DNA from: an uncultured delta proteobacterium | GTDB lineage: Bacteria; Myxococcota_A; UBA9160; UBA4427 | DNA length: 64,000 nucleotides | Assembly (NCBI GenBank): GCA_963822965.1 | Contig: CAWGJT010000012.1 | Span: 32,001 to 96,000, forward strand | Direction of reading: 5' to 3' | Shown here: positions 22,094 to 33,483 of the stretch, in pieces | How the letters are laid out: every line of letters starts with the position of its first letter | Numbering within the stretch: the first letter of the stretch is position 1 | Program-made: the position numbers and the translations under genes | Notes under the pieces: model-generated | The model's database searches: none | What the model saw: the letters and a program-made list of their open reading frames with translations, nothing else | What the model was told of the DNA's origin: nothing

Positions 22094-23113
22094 TCAGCGG
22101 GCGGGCTTCTTGCCGCGCGCGGCGGGGGTCGTACCCCGTCGCCCGCGCCCGCTCCGGCGCGGCGCAGCCTCCATCGCCTCGACGTACCCCGCAGCCAGCA
22201 GCGGCACGGTGATCTCGTGGTGGCCGATCAGGCTGATCCCGCGGCCCCCGAGCCGGGTGGGTCGCTCGACCACGTTCACCGTCGGGCGGTACTGGCGCAC
22301 GAAGTCCAGGTTGACGGCGGTGAAGCGACGCACGCGGTGACCGAGGTTGCGGGCCAGGGAGAGCGCCTTCAGGAACACCTCGGGCAGGATCACCGCCGAC
22401 CCCACGTTGAAGATGACGCCACCTTCGAGGGTGGCCACCAGCCCGGCCAGGGTCTCGAAGTCGCGATAGCTGGTGGCTCCGAGGGCGGCGCCGTCCGCGC
22501 TCTCGTGCATGTGGTGGATGTCGGCGCCGACGGCGACGTGCACGGTGACCGGAACGCCCAGACGCGCCGCCGTCGCCAGCACGGAGCGGGCCTTGTGGGG
22601 GTAGCGACCGTCGGCGATCTCCCGGCCCACCGCCGTCCCCATGCCGATGCCCGCTTCGGCACCGCGTCGAATGGCCTCGTTGAGCCGGGCCGACGTCTCG
22701 CGGGCCATCCCGAAGCTGCCGTCGTCGAGGGACGCGGCCACGTCCTCGCTGGTGCGGCCCATCATGGCGAGCTCCAGATCGTGGACGCAGCCGGCCCCGT
22801 TCATCAGGAGGCCCGAGACGGCGCCGCGCTCGAGCAGATCGACCACGATCGGCGCGAGACCCACCTTGATGAGGTGCGCGCCGAAGCCGAAGAGCACGGT
22901 CTTGTCGCCGCGGCGGGCGCGCACCCAGGCGTCGATGGCCGCCCGCAGCTCCGCGGCCCCGAGAATGGCCGGAAGCTCGTCCAGGAACTCGGCGAAGGAT
23001 CCCCCGGCGCGGTGGGGCCGCGCCTCGTCCCGAAGCCGCACCTTGCTCGGCCGGCGGCGCGCGGGCGTCGTGCGGACCTTGGAACGGTCGATGGGGCGGG
23101 GCGGGCGGCTCAC
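22094..23113 (-). CDS. Conserved hypothetical protein, possibly deoxyhypusine-synthase-like fold
   Basis: GAHLIKVGL, NGAGCVHDLE, PVTVHVAVGADIHH, NVGSAVILPEVFLKA, GHHEI. Confidence 0.7.
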   Translation of the reverse strand: MSRPPRPIDRSKVRTTPARRRPSKVRLRDEARPHRAGGSFAEFLDELPAILGAAELRAAIDAWVRARRGDKTVLFGFGAHLIKVGLAPIVVDLLERGAVSGLLMNGAGCVHDLELAMMGRTSEDVAASLDDGSFGMARETSARLNEAIRRGAEAGIGMGTAVGREIADGRYPHKARSVLATAARLGVPVTVHVAVGADIHHMHESADGAALGATSYRDFETLAGLVATLEGGVIFNVGSAVILPEVFLKALSLARNLGHRVRRFTAVNLDFVRQYRPTVNVVERPTRLGGRGISLIGHHEITVPLLAAGYVEAMEAAPRRSGRGRRGTTPAARGKKPAR

Positions 23114-23796
23114 CGCGCCTTCTCCGCGGCCACGGCAGACCCGGCAGTCCGGCCACCCGATCCCTCGGAGCCGGCGCGCAGCCCGGCGTCCACCACCTCG
23201 CAGAGCAGGTGTCCGATCGTGATGTGCGCCTCCTGGATACGCGGCGTCTCGTCGGAGGGCACCCGGATGGCCAGGTCCACGCGACCGGCCAGCGCACCGC
23301 CGTCCCGGCCGGTGAGAGCCACCGTGAAGAGCCCCACGGCGCACGCCGCCTCCACCCCGGCGATCACGTTCGGCGAGTTGCCCGAGGTGGAGAGCGCCAG
23401 GGCGAGATCGCCGCGCCGGCCGTGGGCGGCGACGCCCCGGGCGAAGACGTGCTCGTATCCGTAGTCGTTGGCGAGGGCCGTGAGCTCGGCGGGATTCGCC
23501 GCCAGCGCCAGGGCGGGAAGCGCCCGGCGCTCGCCCGCGTAGCGCCCCACCCATTCCGCCGCGAGGTGCAGCGCGTCCGAGGCGGAGCCCCCATTGCCGA
23601 AGAGGAGCACCTTGCCTCCGTGCTCGAAGGTCCGCAGCAGCTCGTCGCCGGCGCGGGCAATCTCCGAGGCGCAGCTCGCGAGCAGCTCCTGCTTCACGCG
23701 GATGCTCTCGGCGAGGGCGGCTCGCACGCAGGTCAACGCCGCGGGGCTCGCGGGCTTTCCGGAGACGGAGTCGTTCACCGGGCCGAGTGTAAGCAA
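23110..23796 (-). CDS. gmhA: Phosphoheptose isomerase (SIS domain); start uncertain
   Basis: FGNGGSASDALH, TALANDYGY, STSGNSPNV, TPRIQEAHITIGH. Confidence 0.93.
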   Translation of the reverse strand: MLTLGPVNDSVSGKPASPAALTCVRAALAESIRVKQELLASCASEIARAGDELLRTFEHGGKVLLFGNGGSASDALHLAAEWVGRYAGERRALPALALAANPAELTALANDYGYEHVFARGVAAHGRRGDLALALSTSGNSPNVIAGVEAACAVGLFTVALTGRDGGALAGRVDLAIRVPSDETPRIQEAHITIGHLLCEVVDAGLRAGSEGSGGRTAGSAVAAEKAR

Positions 23797-24029
23797 AGCG
23801 AACGAATCCGGCGCCTTACCTTGCGTGCAGTCGGGCGGGAAGCCTGGCGGGGCCAGCCGGCATCGAAGCCGACCAGAAGCCGGTCGCGGCGAACCGACGG
23901 GAGCGCTAGAAAGTGCGAGCCGGCACGTGCAACCCGCAGGACGAGTCGGAACCCGCAGGCAGGACCGGGCGGGGAGACCGGACGAACGCCCGGAACCATG
24001 TTCCGGAACGACGGGAGAAGGGACGAATC

Positions 24030-24353
24030 ATGGCAGAGACCCAAGACGTCACGGATGTGACCTTCGAAGCCGAGGTGCTCCACTCCGACAAGCCCGTGGT
24101 GCTCGACTTCTGGGCCGAATGGTGCGCTCCGTGCCGGGCGATCTCGCCGATCATCAAGCAGCTCGCCGAGGACTACGACGGCCGGGTGAAGATCGTGAAG
24201 ATGAACATCGACGAGAACCCGGAGACCCCGGGCAAGTACGGCGTGCGAGCGATTCCCACCGTGCTGGCCTTCCAGGGCGGACAGGTCGTCGCGCAGCTCC
24301 AGGGAGCCCGCCCCAAGGCGGCCTTCGAGGAGATGGTCCAGAAGCTGCTCTGA
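24030..24353 (+). CDS. trxA: Thioredoxin
   Basis: VLDFWAEWCAPCR, YGVRAIPT. Confidence 0.95.
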   Translation: MAETQDVTDVTFEAEVLHSDKPVVLDFWAEWCAPCRAISPIIKQLAEDYDGRVKIVKMNIDENPETPGKYGVRAIPTVLAFQGGQVVAQLQGARPKAAFEEMVQKLL

Positions 24354-24417
24354 GCCGCTGCGACGGGGACCGTGCGCGGCGGCGGTGATCGGCCTGGCGC
24401 GGCGGCGGTCCGGCCCC

Positions 24418-25104
24418 TCAGCGGGCCGGCGCCCGGACGGGCCCCGGCGCCTCGAAGAAGCGCACGGGCCAGCGACGGCGCACGGCCTTCCGGTACAGCA
24501 CCGGGTCCGGGTTCGTGACCACCGGGTGGCCGACCAGCTCCAGCAGCGGCATGTCGGTCACGGAATCGGTGTAGAAGTAGCTGCGTGCGAGGTCCACCTC
24601 CTGGTCCTCGATGAACTGCTGGATCCAGTAGATCTTGCCCTCGTCGAAGCACAGCGGCTCGAGGAAGCGTCCCGTGAGCCGCCCGTCCTCCACCTCGAGG
24701 CGGGAGCACAGGAAGTGCTTCACGCCCAGATACTCCGCCATCGGCTCGACCACGTAGCGCGTGGCGCCGCTCACGATCGCCACCGCGTGACCCCGGTCGT
24801 GATGCTCCGCCACGAGGCGCGCCGCCTCGGGGTAGATCGTGTCCCGGACGAGCGCGTCGAAGAGTCGCCGGCCCTCGTCGGCCAGCTCCACCTCCGGCCG
24901 GCCCCGGAACTCGACCATCATGGACTTCGTCCAGGCCTGGATGTCGAGCACTCCGAGCTTGTACCGGAGGTAGGCACCGAGGCCCATGGCGAGATCCCAG
25001 CCCGAGACCTCTCCGAGCTCGTAGCGGTGCTTCATGTAGAGCGACGCCGAGTTCTCCGAGATGATCGTCTTGTCCATGTCGAAGAGGGCGGCGACACGGG
25101 ACAT
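24418..25104 (-). CDS. HAD-IB family hydrolase
   Basis: FDMDKT, IVSGA, FYTDSVTDMPLLELVGHPVVTNPD. Confidence 0.9.
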   Translation of the reverse strand: MSRVAALFDMDKTIISENSASLYMKHRYELGEVSGWDLAMGLGAYLRYKLGVLDIQAWTKSMMVEFRGRPEVELADEGRRLFDALVRDTIYPEAARLVAEHHDRGHAVAIVSGATRYVVEPMAEYLGVKHFLCSRLEVEDGRLTGRFLEPLCFDEGKIYWIQQFIEDQEVDLARSYFYTDSVTDMPLLELVGHPVVTNPDPVLYRKAVRRRWPVRFFEAPGPVRAPAR

Positions 25105-25166
25105 GCTCTCCTCCAGGGCGGCTCCAGGACGGCCCACCCGGGAATCTATCACGCGCGACGCCCGGC

Positions 25167-26270
25167 TCAGAACACGTAGCGCCGCATCGAGACGTTCAGC
25201 AGCAACCCCACGGCGATCCCTGCCGACAGGAAGGCCGAGCCGCCGTAGCTGAACAGCGGCAGCGGCACGCCGATCACCGGGGCCAGCCCGAGCACCATGG
25301 CGATGTTGATCGTCGCGGGCCAGAACAGGGTACCCACCACCCCCACGGCCAGCATCGCCCCGAAGGCGTCCTTGGCGTTGCGGGCCACCCAGAGGCCCCA
25401 GAGCAGCAGGATCAGATAGAGGGACAGCACCACGGCGCTGCCCACGAAGCCCCACTCCTCCGCCAGAACCGAGAAGATGAAGTCCGTGTGCTGGGTGGGC
25501 AGGAACCGCAGCTGGGTCTGGCTGCCCTCCATCCAGCCCGTTCCGAAGAGCCCGCCGGACCCGACGGCGATGCGGGACTGCATGGCCTGGTAGCCGGACG
25601 CGAGGGGATCCCGCGACGGGTCGAGGAAGTCGAGGATCCGCGTGCGCTGGTAGTCGCGCAGCCCATAGCTCCAGAATGCCGCCAGCCCCGCGAGACCCGC
25701 CAGCCCCAGACCCGCCCAGGCCTGCCACGGAATCCGCACGAAGGGCAGGAAGGTCACGCCGATCAGCAGGATCAGAAGCGCGACGCCGATGTCGTTCTGC
25801 AGCGCGACGATCGCCACCGGCACGCCGATGATCACGAGCGGCATGCCCAGGTGCGTGAGGCGCGTGATCTCCGTGGGCGGATTTCGCTGGAAGTAGCGCG
25901 CCAGGGCCAGCACCAGGCCGATCTTCGCGAGCTCGGAGGGCTGCACGCGTCCTTCGAAGAGCCACGCCTGGGCGCCGCGCGTGACGGGCGAGAGCAGGAT
26001 CGGCAGCAGCAGCAGAAACACGCTGCCCAGGTAGATCGGCATGGCGAGTCGCGCGAAGCGCCGGTAGTCGACCGCGCAGGCACCGACCATGGCCGTTCCC
26101 GCCACGGCGAGCGCCAGGAGCTGGCGCCGGAAGATGTCGTTGGTATCGGCCTCCACCCCGGCGTGGGTGGCGGAGAGCAGGTTCACCAGGCCCAGCCCGA
26201 CGAGAAGCAGCACCAACGAGAGCAGCACCCAGTCGAAGTTCTGGATCGAGCGGCGGTCAATGCGAAGCAA
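25167..26270 (-). CDS. rodA: Rod shape-determining SEDS protein
   Basis: QPSELAK, SGYQAMQSRIAVGSGG, FLPTQHTDFIFSVLAEEWG, PLPLFSYGGS. Confidence 0.96.
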   Translation of the reverse strand: MLRIDRRSIQNFDWVLLSLVLLLVGLGLVNLLSATHAGVEADTNDIFRRQLLALAVAGTAMVGACAVDYRRFARLAMPIYLGSVFLLLLPILLSPVTRGAQAWLFEGRVQPSELAKIGLVLALARYFQRNPPTEITRLTHLGMPLVIIGVPVAIVALQNDIGVALLILLIGVTFLPFVRIPWQAWAGLGLAGLAGLAAFWSYGLRDYQRTRILDFLDPSRDPLASGYQAMQSRIAVGSGGLFGTGWMEGSQTQLRFLPTQHTDFIFSVLAEEWGFVGSAVVLSLYLILLLWGLWVARNAKDAFGAMLAVGVVGTLFWPATINIAMVLGLAPVIGVPLPLFSYGGSAFLSAGIAVGLLLNVSMRRYVF

Positions 26271-28194
26271 CGGTCGCCTCCCCAGCCCCAGGCTCGTCCG
26301 CCCGCGCCACGCTCACGGGCGCGGCATCGCGCGCGCGCTTCTTCTCGAAGTAACGCGCCAGCACCTTCTGGGCGATGGGCGCCGCGACGCTGCCGCCGCC
26401 GCCCCCCGCGTGCTCGACGATCACGGCCACCGCGATCTCGGGGTCCTCGGCGGGCGCGTACGAGGCGAAGAGCGCGTGGTCGCGGTAGCGGATCGGAATC
26501 TCGTGCTCGTCGAAATCCTTGATGGAATCCAGGCTCACCACCTGGGTGGTCCCGGTCTTGCCCGCCACGGCGACGTCCGGCACGCGCGCCCGGGCGCCCG
26601 TACCCCCAGGCTGCTGCACCACCGCGGTGAGCGCCCGGGAGACCGTCGCCAGCACCTCGGGAGGAATGCCCACCTTGCGCGGATGCGACGGCTCGATCTT
26701 CTTCACGGTCTTGCCGTCCCAGGTCTCGAGCCGCCGCAGGATATGGGGCTCCACCCGCGTGCCACCGTTCGCGATCACCGAGAAGGCGACGGCGAGCTGG
26801 GTGGCGGTGACCAGATTCGCCCCCTGCCCGATGGACACGGAGACCGTCTCGCCCTTCTGCCACGGCTCCTTCTTCACGCGCTGCTTCCATTCCGGCGTGG
26901 GCACCAGGCCGGGCTTCTCTCCGGGCAGGTCGATGCCCGTCAGCTGGCCGAGGCCGAAGAGCTTCGCGTAGCGCGCGATGCGCTCGATCCCGAGCTTCAC
27001 GCCCAGCTGGTAGAAGTAGACGTCGCAGGACTGGACCAGGGCCTGTGTGAGATTGACCGAGCCGTGTCCCCCGCGCTTCCAGCAGCGGTAGGTGCGGCGT
27101 CCCAGCCGGTAGTACCCCGGGCAGAAGACCTCCTCGTCGGGATCGATCTCTCCTTCGGCCAGGCCCGCGACGGCCATGATCGCCTTGAAGGTCGAGCCGG
27201 GCGAGTACTGTCCGGCCGTCGCGCGGTTCTGCAGCGGCACCCACTCGTCGCCGATCAGCCGCTTCCACTCGTCGGTGTCGATGCCACCGGCGAAGTCGTT
27301 CGGGTCGTAGGTCGGCCGGGACACCAGCGCCAACACCTCCCCGTTGCGGGGATCGAGGGCGACGAGGGCGCCCATCTTGTCGGGCTCGTCGGGGTCGTCG
27401 GACTCGAAGGCCTCCTCGGCGGTGCGCTGCAGGTCGAGGTCGATGTTGAGGACGGCGCGGCCGCCCGGCACCGGGGCGATCTTGTCGATCTCCCGGATCT
27501 CGCGACCGGCGACGTCCACGATGACGTTGCGGCCGCCGGGGCGGCCGCGCAGGTGGTCCTCGAGCCGCGCCTCCAGACCGATCTGACCCACGATCTCGCC
27601 GGCCCGATAGTCCGCGAAGCGATCCTGGTCGAGCTGACCCGCCTGGATCTCGCCGATGGTGCCCAGCAGGTGAGCGGCCCGCGTCGCCTCCACGTAGTGA
27701 CGCCGCGGGCGCATGTCCGTGACCACCCCCGGCAGCGCGAAGCGGTGCGCTTCGACGCGGGCGAGGAGCACGTCGCCCATGTCGCCGTCGAGCTCCACGG
27801 GCTGGAAGCGCGCCCTTCCCTTCGGGTCGCCCACCTTCGCCCGCAGCTCGCCGGCGTCGCGATCGAGCAGCTGCCCCAGGGCCGCAAAGGTCCGCTTCGG
27901 CGCGTTCAGCTCGTTGGGAATCACCTGGACCCGATAGGCGGGACGGTTGGCGGCCATCACCCGACCCTCGCGATCGACGATCTCGCCGCGGGGCGCCTCG
28001 AGCACCAGGGTGCGCGCATAGTTGCGCTCCGACCGGATGCGGAGATCGGCGCCCTCGAGGATCTGGAGCTGGAAGAGGCGGACGGTGAAGACCGCGAACG
28101 CCAGGCCGATCACCACGCCGACGAGGCCGAGCCGGCCGTCGCCCAGGGGCGAATCGGCCCCGCCCAGCCGGTCGTCCCCGTAGCCCCCGAGCAT
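26257..28194 (-). CDS. mrdA: Penicillin-binding protein 2
   Basis: APRGEIVDR, PGSTFK (SxxK), SCDVYFY, GKTGT. Confidence 0.96.
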   Translation of the reverse strand: MLGGYGDDRLGGADSPLGDGRLGLVGVVIGLAFAVFTVRLFQLQILEGADLRIRSERNYARTLVLEAPRGEIVDREGRVMAANRPAYRVQVIPNELNAPKRTFAALGQLLDRDAGELRAKVGDPKGRARFQPVELDGDMGDVLLARVEAHRFALPGVVTDMRPRRHYVEATRAAHLLGTIGEIQAGQLDQDRFADYRAGEIVGQIGLEARLEDHLRGRPGGRNVIVDVAGREIREIDKIAPVPGGRAVLNIDLDLQRTAEEAFESDDPDEPDKMGALVALDPRNGEVLALVSRPTYDPNDFAGGIDTDEWKRLIGDEWVPLQNRATAGQYSPGSTFKAIMAVAGLAEGEIDPDEEVFCPGYYRLGRRTYRCWKRGGHGSVNLTQALVQSCDVYFYQLGVKLGIERIARYAKLFGLGQLTGIDLPGEKPGLVPTPEWKQRVKKEPWQKGETVSVSIGQGANLVTATQLAVAFSVIANGGTRVEPHILRRLETWDGKTVKKIEPSHPRKVGIPPEVLATVSRALTAVVQQPGGTGARARVPDVAVAGKTGTTQVVSLDSIKDFDEHEIPIRYRDHALFASYAPAEDPEIAVAVIVEHAGGGGGSVAAPIAQKVLARYFEKKRARDAAPVSVARADEPGAGEATVASH

Positions 28195-28730
28195 CAGGTC
28201 GAGCGCCCCACCGCCCCGAGGCCGAGGGTACGCCGTCCCGGCTCGTCGTCGGCCCAGCTGGTGGCCCGACCGACGAGCGACGACATGGTGGGTGCGAACA
28301 GCCCCCCGACCGCGGCGTGGGCGAGCTGGGCGCCGAGCCAGCCCCAGCGAAGCTCCACGCCTCCCACGAAGAAGCCCGTGATCGCGAGCATCGCGAGCCC
28401 GTAGGCGAGGGTGAGGCCCATGGCGAACACCGCAAGCGGCCAGGAGCCCCGCAGATTGAGCTGACGCGTGGCGACGACGGTCGCCATGAACGCGAACAGA
28501 TCGAGCAACGCGTGCTGTCCGAAGAGCGACCCCGAGAGCAGATCGGTCGCGTACCCGAGGACGGCCGCGAGCGCGAGCCCGCCGGCCATCCCGTTCCAGC
28601 GCAGCCCGATCCCGATCAGGACGAGCAGTGCGAGATCCGGGCACCACGGAGGCGGCAGCACCGTCGCCAGCGCTCCCTGGAAGACCAGCGCCGCAATCGC
28701 CAGCGCGAGGAGGGTCGACGCGCGCTTCAC
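28194..28730 (-). CDS. mreD: Rod shape-determining protein MreD
   Basis: Hydrophobic, PDLALLVL, GYATDLLSG; between mreC and mrdA. Confidence 0.88.
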   Translation of the reverse strand: MKRASTLLALAIAALVFQGALATVLPPPWCPDLALLVLIGIGLRWNGMAGGLALAAVLGYATDLLSGSLFGQHALLDLFAFMATVVATRQLNLRGSWPLAVFAMGLTLAYGLAMLAITGFFVGGVELRWGWLGAQLAHAAVGGLFAPTMSSLVGRATSWADDEPGRRTLGLGAVGRST

Positions 28731-29647
28731 GACGCCGGGCGCCTTCCGGATTCGGCCCGCGCGGACTCCACCGGCTCCCCCGCGTCGTCGCGGTCGCCGT
28801 AGAGCAGGTCCATCGTCGGACCGCGGCGCATCATCACGAAGACCTGCTCGAGACGCCCGAAGTCCACCGCCGGTCGCAGGGTCGCGGTCTGCAGCAGCCC
28901 CCCGGCCGGATCTGCGAGGGCCACCACCTCGCCGATGCGCAGTCCCTTCGGATACACGCCGCCGAGCCCGGAGGTGATCACGACGTCTCCCACCTTCACG
29001 TCTCCGCCCCGCACCACGAACTCGAACTCGAGCTGGTCGGTTCCCCGGCCGCGCACGATGCCGCGCGCCCGGCTCCGCTGCACGATGCCGTCGATGGCGC
29101 TCTGCTGGTCGAGCAGCAGCATCGTCTTGGCGGCGTGACGCGAGGTCGCGGTGACGAGGCCGACCACTCCCTCGGCGGTGATGACGGGATTGCCGGCGCG
29201 AACGCCGTGGGCACCACCGCGGTCCACCAGCACCGAGCGGAACCACGGCATCACGTCGAGTCCGACGACCTCGGAGGGCAGCATGGGAATCTCGAAGTCG
29301 TCCCGCATGGAGGCGATCTGCTGCAGGTGGCCGCTGGCGACGAGCGCCTCGCGGTACTGCAGGTTCGCCTCCTCGAGCTCGGCCACGCGCACCCGCAGGC
29401 GGTCGTTCTGCTCCCGCACCTCGAGCAGCGCGACGTAGTCGCCCCAGATCCGGCGCACGCCCTCCACCGGCGCCGCCACCAGGTTCTGGACGGGCACCGC
29501 GATCTCCAGCACCACGGCCTGCCACCAGGGCAGATCGCGACCCCCGTCGGCGAGGGAACGCCGATCCGAGACCATGGTGATCACGGCCATGAGGGCCAGC
29601 ACGCCGAACAGCAGCGGCGCGCCGATGCGCTTCAGGAGATCCGGCAA
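28727..29647 (-). CDS. mreC: Rod shape-determining protein MreC (start approximate)
   Basis: Coiled coil, VLVDRG, GDVVITSGLGGVYPKGLRIG. Confidence 0.93.
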   Translation of the reverse strand: MPDLLKRIGAPLLFGVLALMAVITMVSDRRSLADGGRDLPWWQAVVLEIAVPVQNLVAAPVEGVRRIWGDYVALLEVREQNDRLRVRVAELEEANLQYREALVASGHLQQIASMRDDFEIPMLPSEVVGLDVMPWFRSVLVDRGGAHGVRAGNPVITAEGVVGLVTATSRHAAKTMLLLDQQSAIDGIVQRSRARGIVRGRGTDQLEFEFVVRGGDVKVGDVVITSGLGGVYPKGLRIGEVVALADPAGGLLQTATLRPAVDFGRLEQVFVMMRRGPTMDLLYGDRDDAGEPVESARAESGRRPAS

Positions 29648-29784
29648 TTGCCCCCCGAGACGGCCGAGGCCGCCTTCACACACTCCGGCGCCCAGTGGGC
29701 GCCCCGGTACCGACCCCCGGCGGCCGCCCCTTCGGGGGAGTCCCTCCAGGCCGCAGCCGGTTGCCTGGGAGGCTTTTCGGTCGA

Positions 29785-30924
<1,140 letters not shown>

Positions 30925-31133
30925 CTAACTGTCTGGATTCGCGGGACGTTTTGGCTCGCACCCTATGTGGCTGGAACGTACCAGCCGGCCCCATCCCGGG
31001 CAAGCAGGCGCACCTCCCGGCCGGCCCTTCCGGCGGGCCCCGACCGCCGGCCGGGTCGCTTGCTCGCGGGGGAACCGCTCCGTACTCTCCGCAACCCTGC
31101 ACCACCCGGCGGCACGCCCGCGACGGAGAACCG

Positions 31134-32660
31134 ATGCTCGACCAGATCAGAAGGGGTCAACGCTGGCTCACCGGCATCCTGGTGGCCCTCGTGGGTGGGG
31201 TGTTCGTCTTCTTCATGGGTCTCGGTGGCCCGCTCCGGGGCAACGCGCCCTCCCAGGGCGTGGTCGTCGAGCTCGGCGACATCCGGCTGGCCCAGTCGGA
31301 CTTCCTGCGAGCACGGATGCAGCAGGGCGAGGCCTACAAGGACCAGCTGGGCGACCAGTTCAACAGCAAGGCCGCGGGGAGCTTCCTCGACGCTCAGGCC
31401 CTGCGCCTGCTGGTGGATCAGGCCATCCTCGCCCACGACGCGGAGCAGCTCGGGCTGCGTGTGGGCAAGGAGGAGATCCAGCGGGTCATCGTCCAGAGCT
31501 CCGGCTTCCGGGACGAGACCGGCCGCTTCGACAGCAAGGCCTTCGAGCGCTACGTCGAGTACGAGTACGGCAACCAGCGCAACTACCTCGAGTACATGCG
31601 GCGGGCCCTGCTGGGGCAGAAGATGCTGCGCCTGCTCTACTCCGAGGGCGAGGTGAGCGAGGGGGAAGCCCGAGCGTCCGCCCTCTACCGCCTGGAGCAG
31701 GTCCAGATCGCCTACGTGGCGCTCGACACCGAGACGCTTCCCCCCGGATCCGAGCCCACCGCCGAGGAGATCCAGGCCTACGCGGCGGACCACGAGACCG
31801 AGCTCCGGGCGCTCTACGAGGAGAGGCTGGACGAGTTCAAGACGACCGCGAAGCTCCACCTGCGCCACATGCTCTTCGAGCTCGGCCCGAACCCCACCCC
31901 CGGGGAGCTCGCGGAGGCTCAGGCGCGGGCGGACGCCGCCCTGGCGCGCCTGAAGGCGGGCGAGGACTTCGCGACCGTCGCCCGGGAGCTCTCGGAGGAC
32001 GCCTCGACCCGCGACTCGGGCGGCGACCTGGGGCTCGTCGCCCCCGACGAGGTCGCCGACGAGCTGGCCGTCGCCGCCGAGTCCCTGGCGCCGGGTCAGT
32101 ACAGCGGAGTGGTGCGGAGCGATCGCGGGCTGCATCTGGTGCTGCTCGAGGAGCGCACCGAGCCGGGGGCTCGCCCCTTCGCCGAGGTGCGCGACGAGCT
32201 GGCGCGGGAAGGCGCCATCCGACAGGCGGCCAGTGCCCGGGCCGATCGCCTGAGCGACCAGCTCGCCACCGCCATTCGCGAGGGTCGCTCGCTGGAGGAC
32301 GCGGCGCGCGAGCTCGAGCTGCCGATCGAACGTACTGGCATGATCCGGCGCCGGCCGGACGGCTTCATCACGGGCCTCGGCGCCTCGAAGGAGCTCCAGG
32401 CCGTGGCCTTCGCGCTGACCCTGGACCACCCGAGCTCGCCCGAGATCGTTCCCGTCGGCTCGAAGCTCGTCCTGATCCAGCTGCTCGATCGCAGCGAGCC
32501 GGCACCGGAAGCGCTCGAAGGCATGCTGGCCGCCGAGCGCGAGCGCCTCTCCAACGCCAAGCGGAACGCCTTCGTGCAGAGCTGGATCGACCGCCGCCGA
32601 CAGGAGCTGACCGAGTCGGGCAAGCTCCGGGTCGACTCCTCGCTCGTCAAGCCCAGCTGA
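31134..32660 (+). CDS. SurA N-terminal / parvulin PPIase (PpiD-like)
   Basis: N-terminal TM, SurA_N region, parvulin motif GEDFATVARELSED...GGDLG...SDRGLHL. Confidence 0.88.
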   Translation: MLDQIRRGQRWLTGILVALVGGVFVFFMGLGGPLRGNAPSQGVVVELGDIRLAQSDFLRARMQQGEAYKDQLGDQFNSKAAGSFLDAQALRLLVDQAILAHDAEQLGLRVGKEEIQRVIVQSSGFRDETGRFDSKAFERYVEYEYGNQRNYLEYMRRALLGQKMLRLLYSEGEVSEGEARASALYRLEQVQIAYVALDTETLPPGSEPTAEEIQAYAADHETELRALYEERLDEFKTTAKLHLRHMLFELGPNPTPGELAEAQARADAALARLKAGEDFATVARELSEDASTRDSGGDLGLVAPDEVADELAVAAESLAPGQYSGVVRSDRGLHLVLLEERTEPGARPFAEVRDELAREGAIRQAASARADRLSDQLATAIREGRSLEDAARELELPIERTGMIRRRPDGFITGLGASKELQAVAFALTLDHPSSPEIVPVGSKLVLIQLLDRSEPAPEALEGMLAAERERLSNAKRNAFVQSWIDRRRQELTESGKLRVDSSLVKPS

Positions 32661-32692
32661 GACGCGAGAGTGCCGGGGCGGCGACCCGCCGC

Positions 32693-33283
32693 CTACGCGT
32701 AGCCGTTGTTGGGGTGACGCAGCAGTCCCATGAACTCGGAGCGCGTCTTCGGGTCGGTCTCGAACTCACCGAGCAGCGAGCTCGTGATCGCCGAGCTGTT
32801 CTGCTTCTGCACGCCGCGCATCATCATGCACAGGTGCTTCGCCTCGACCACCACGCCGACGCCCTTCGGCTGGAGCACTGCGTTCAGGGTCTGGGCGATC
32901 TGCATCGTCATGCGCTCCTGCACCTGCAGGCGGCGGGAGTAGATCTCGACGAGCCGCGGGATCTTCGAGAGTCCCAGCACCTTGCGGTCCGGGATGTAGG
33001 CGACGTGCACGCGTCCGAAGAACGGAACCAGGTGGTGCTCGCACAGGCTGTAGAAGTCGATCTCGCGCACCAGCACCATCTCGTCGTACTCGACGTCGAA
33101 GAGGGCACCGACCAGCGTTTCGCGCGGATCCTGCGCGTAGCCCGAGGTGAAGAAGCGCATCGCTCGCGCGACCCGCTCCGGCGTCTTCGCCAGACCGTCG
33201 CGACCGGGGTCCTCGCCGAGCTCCTTGAGCAGGCTCGTGATCAGTCCCGGAATTCCATCCGTCGGATCAAGCGCATCGGCCAT
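32693..33283 (-). CDS. folE: GTP cyclohydrolase I
   Basis: [43 protein letters not shown]. Confidence 0.96.
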   Translation of the reverse strand: MADALDPTDGIPGLITSLLKELGEDPGRDGLAKTPERVARAMRFFTSGYAQDPRETLVGALFDVEYDEMVLVREIDFYSLCEHHLVPFFGRVHVAYIPDRKVLGLSKIPRLVEIYSRRLQVQERMTMQIAQTLNAVLQPKGVGVVVEAKHLCMMMRGVQKQNSSAITSSLLGEFETDPKTRSEFMGLLRHPNNGYA

Positions 33284-33451
33284 TCCAGCAGTCCGCCCCG
33301 CTACGGCCCGGTCGCCGCAATCGTTCGTTTTTGCAGTCGAAATTCGACAGCTTGCGAGCCCGCCGAGGGTACCCCGACGCCCGAGGTCGTCAAGCAACGG
33401 CGGCCCGGGAACGAGCCTCTCCGGCAGCGACGCGCCGCCCCGAGCACGACG

Positions 33452-33479
33452 AGGATTCCACGGGCGCCCGCGGAATCCT
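33452..33479 (-). terminator. Hairpin immediately after lexA stop
   Basis: AGGATTCCGCGGGC/GCCCGTGGAATCCT inverted repeat on the minus strand. Confidence 0.5.
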
Positions 33480-33483
33480 GGGC

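Noticed and set aside
23797..24029. Possible ncRNA between gmhA and trxA (AACCCGCAGG twice)
   Set aside because: No recognisable tRNA, SRP, 6S or tmRNA features; consistent with a divergent promoter region
33284..33450. Possible riboswitch upstream of folE
   Set aside because: Only a small GTCGAA-T-TTCGAC palindrome and a promoter-like TTGACG/TACCCT; no aptamer I can recognise
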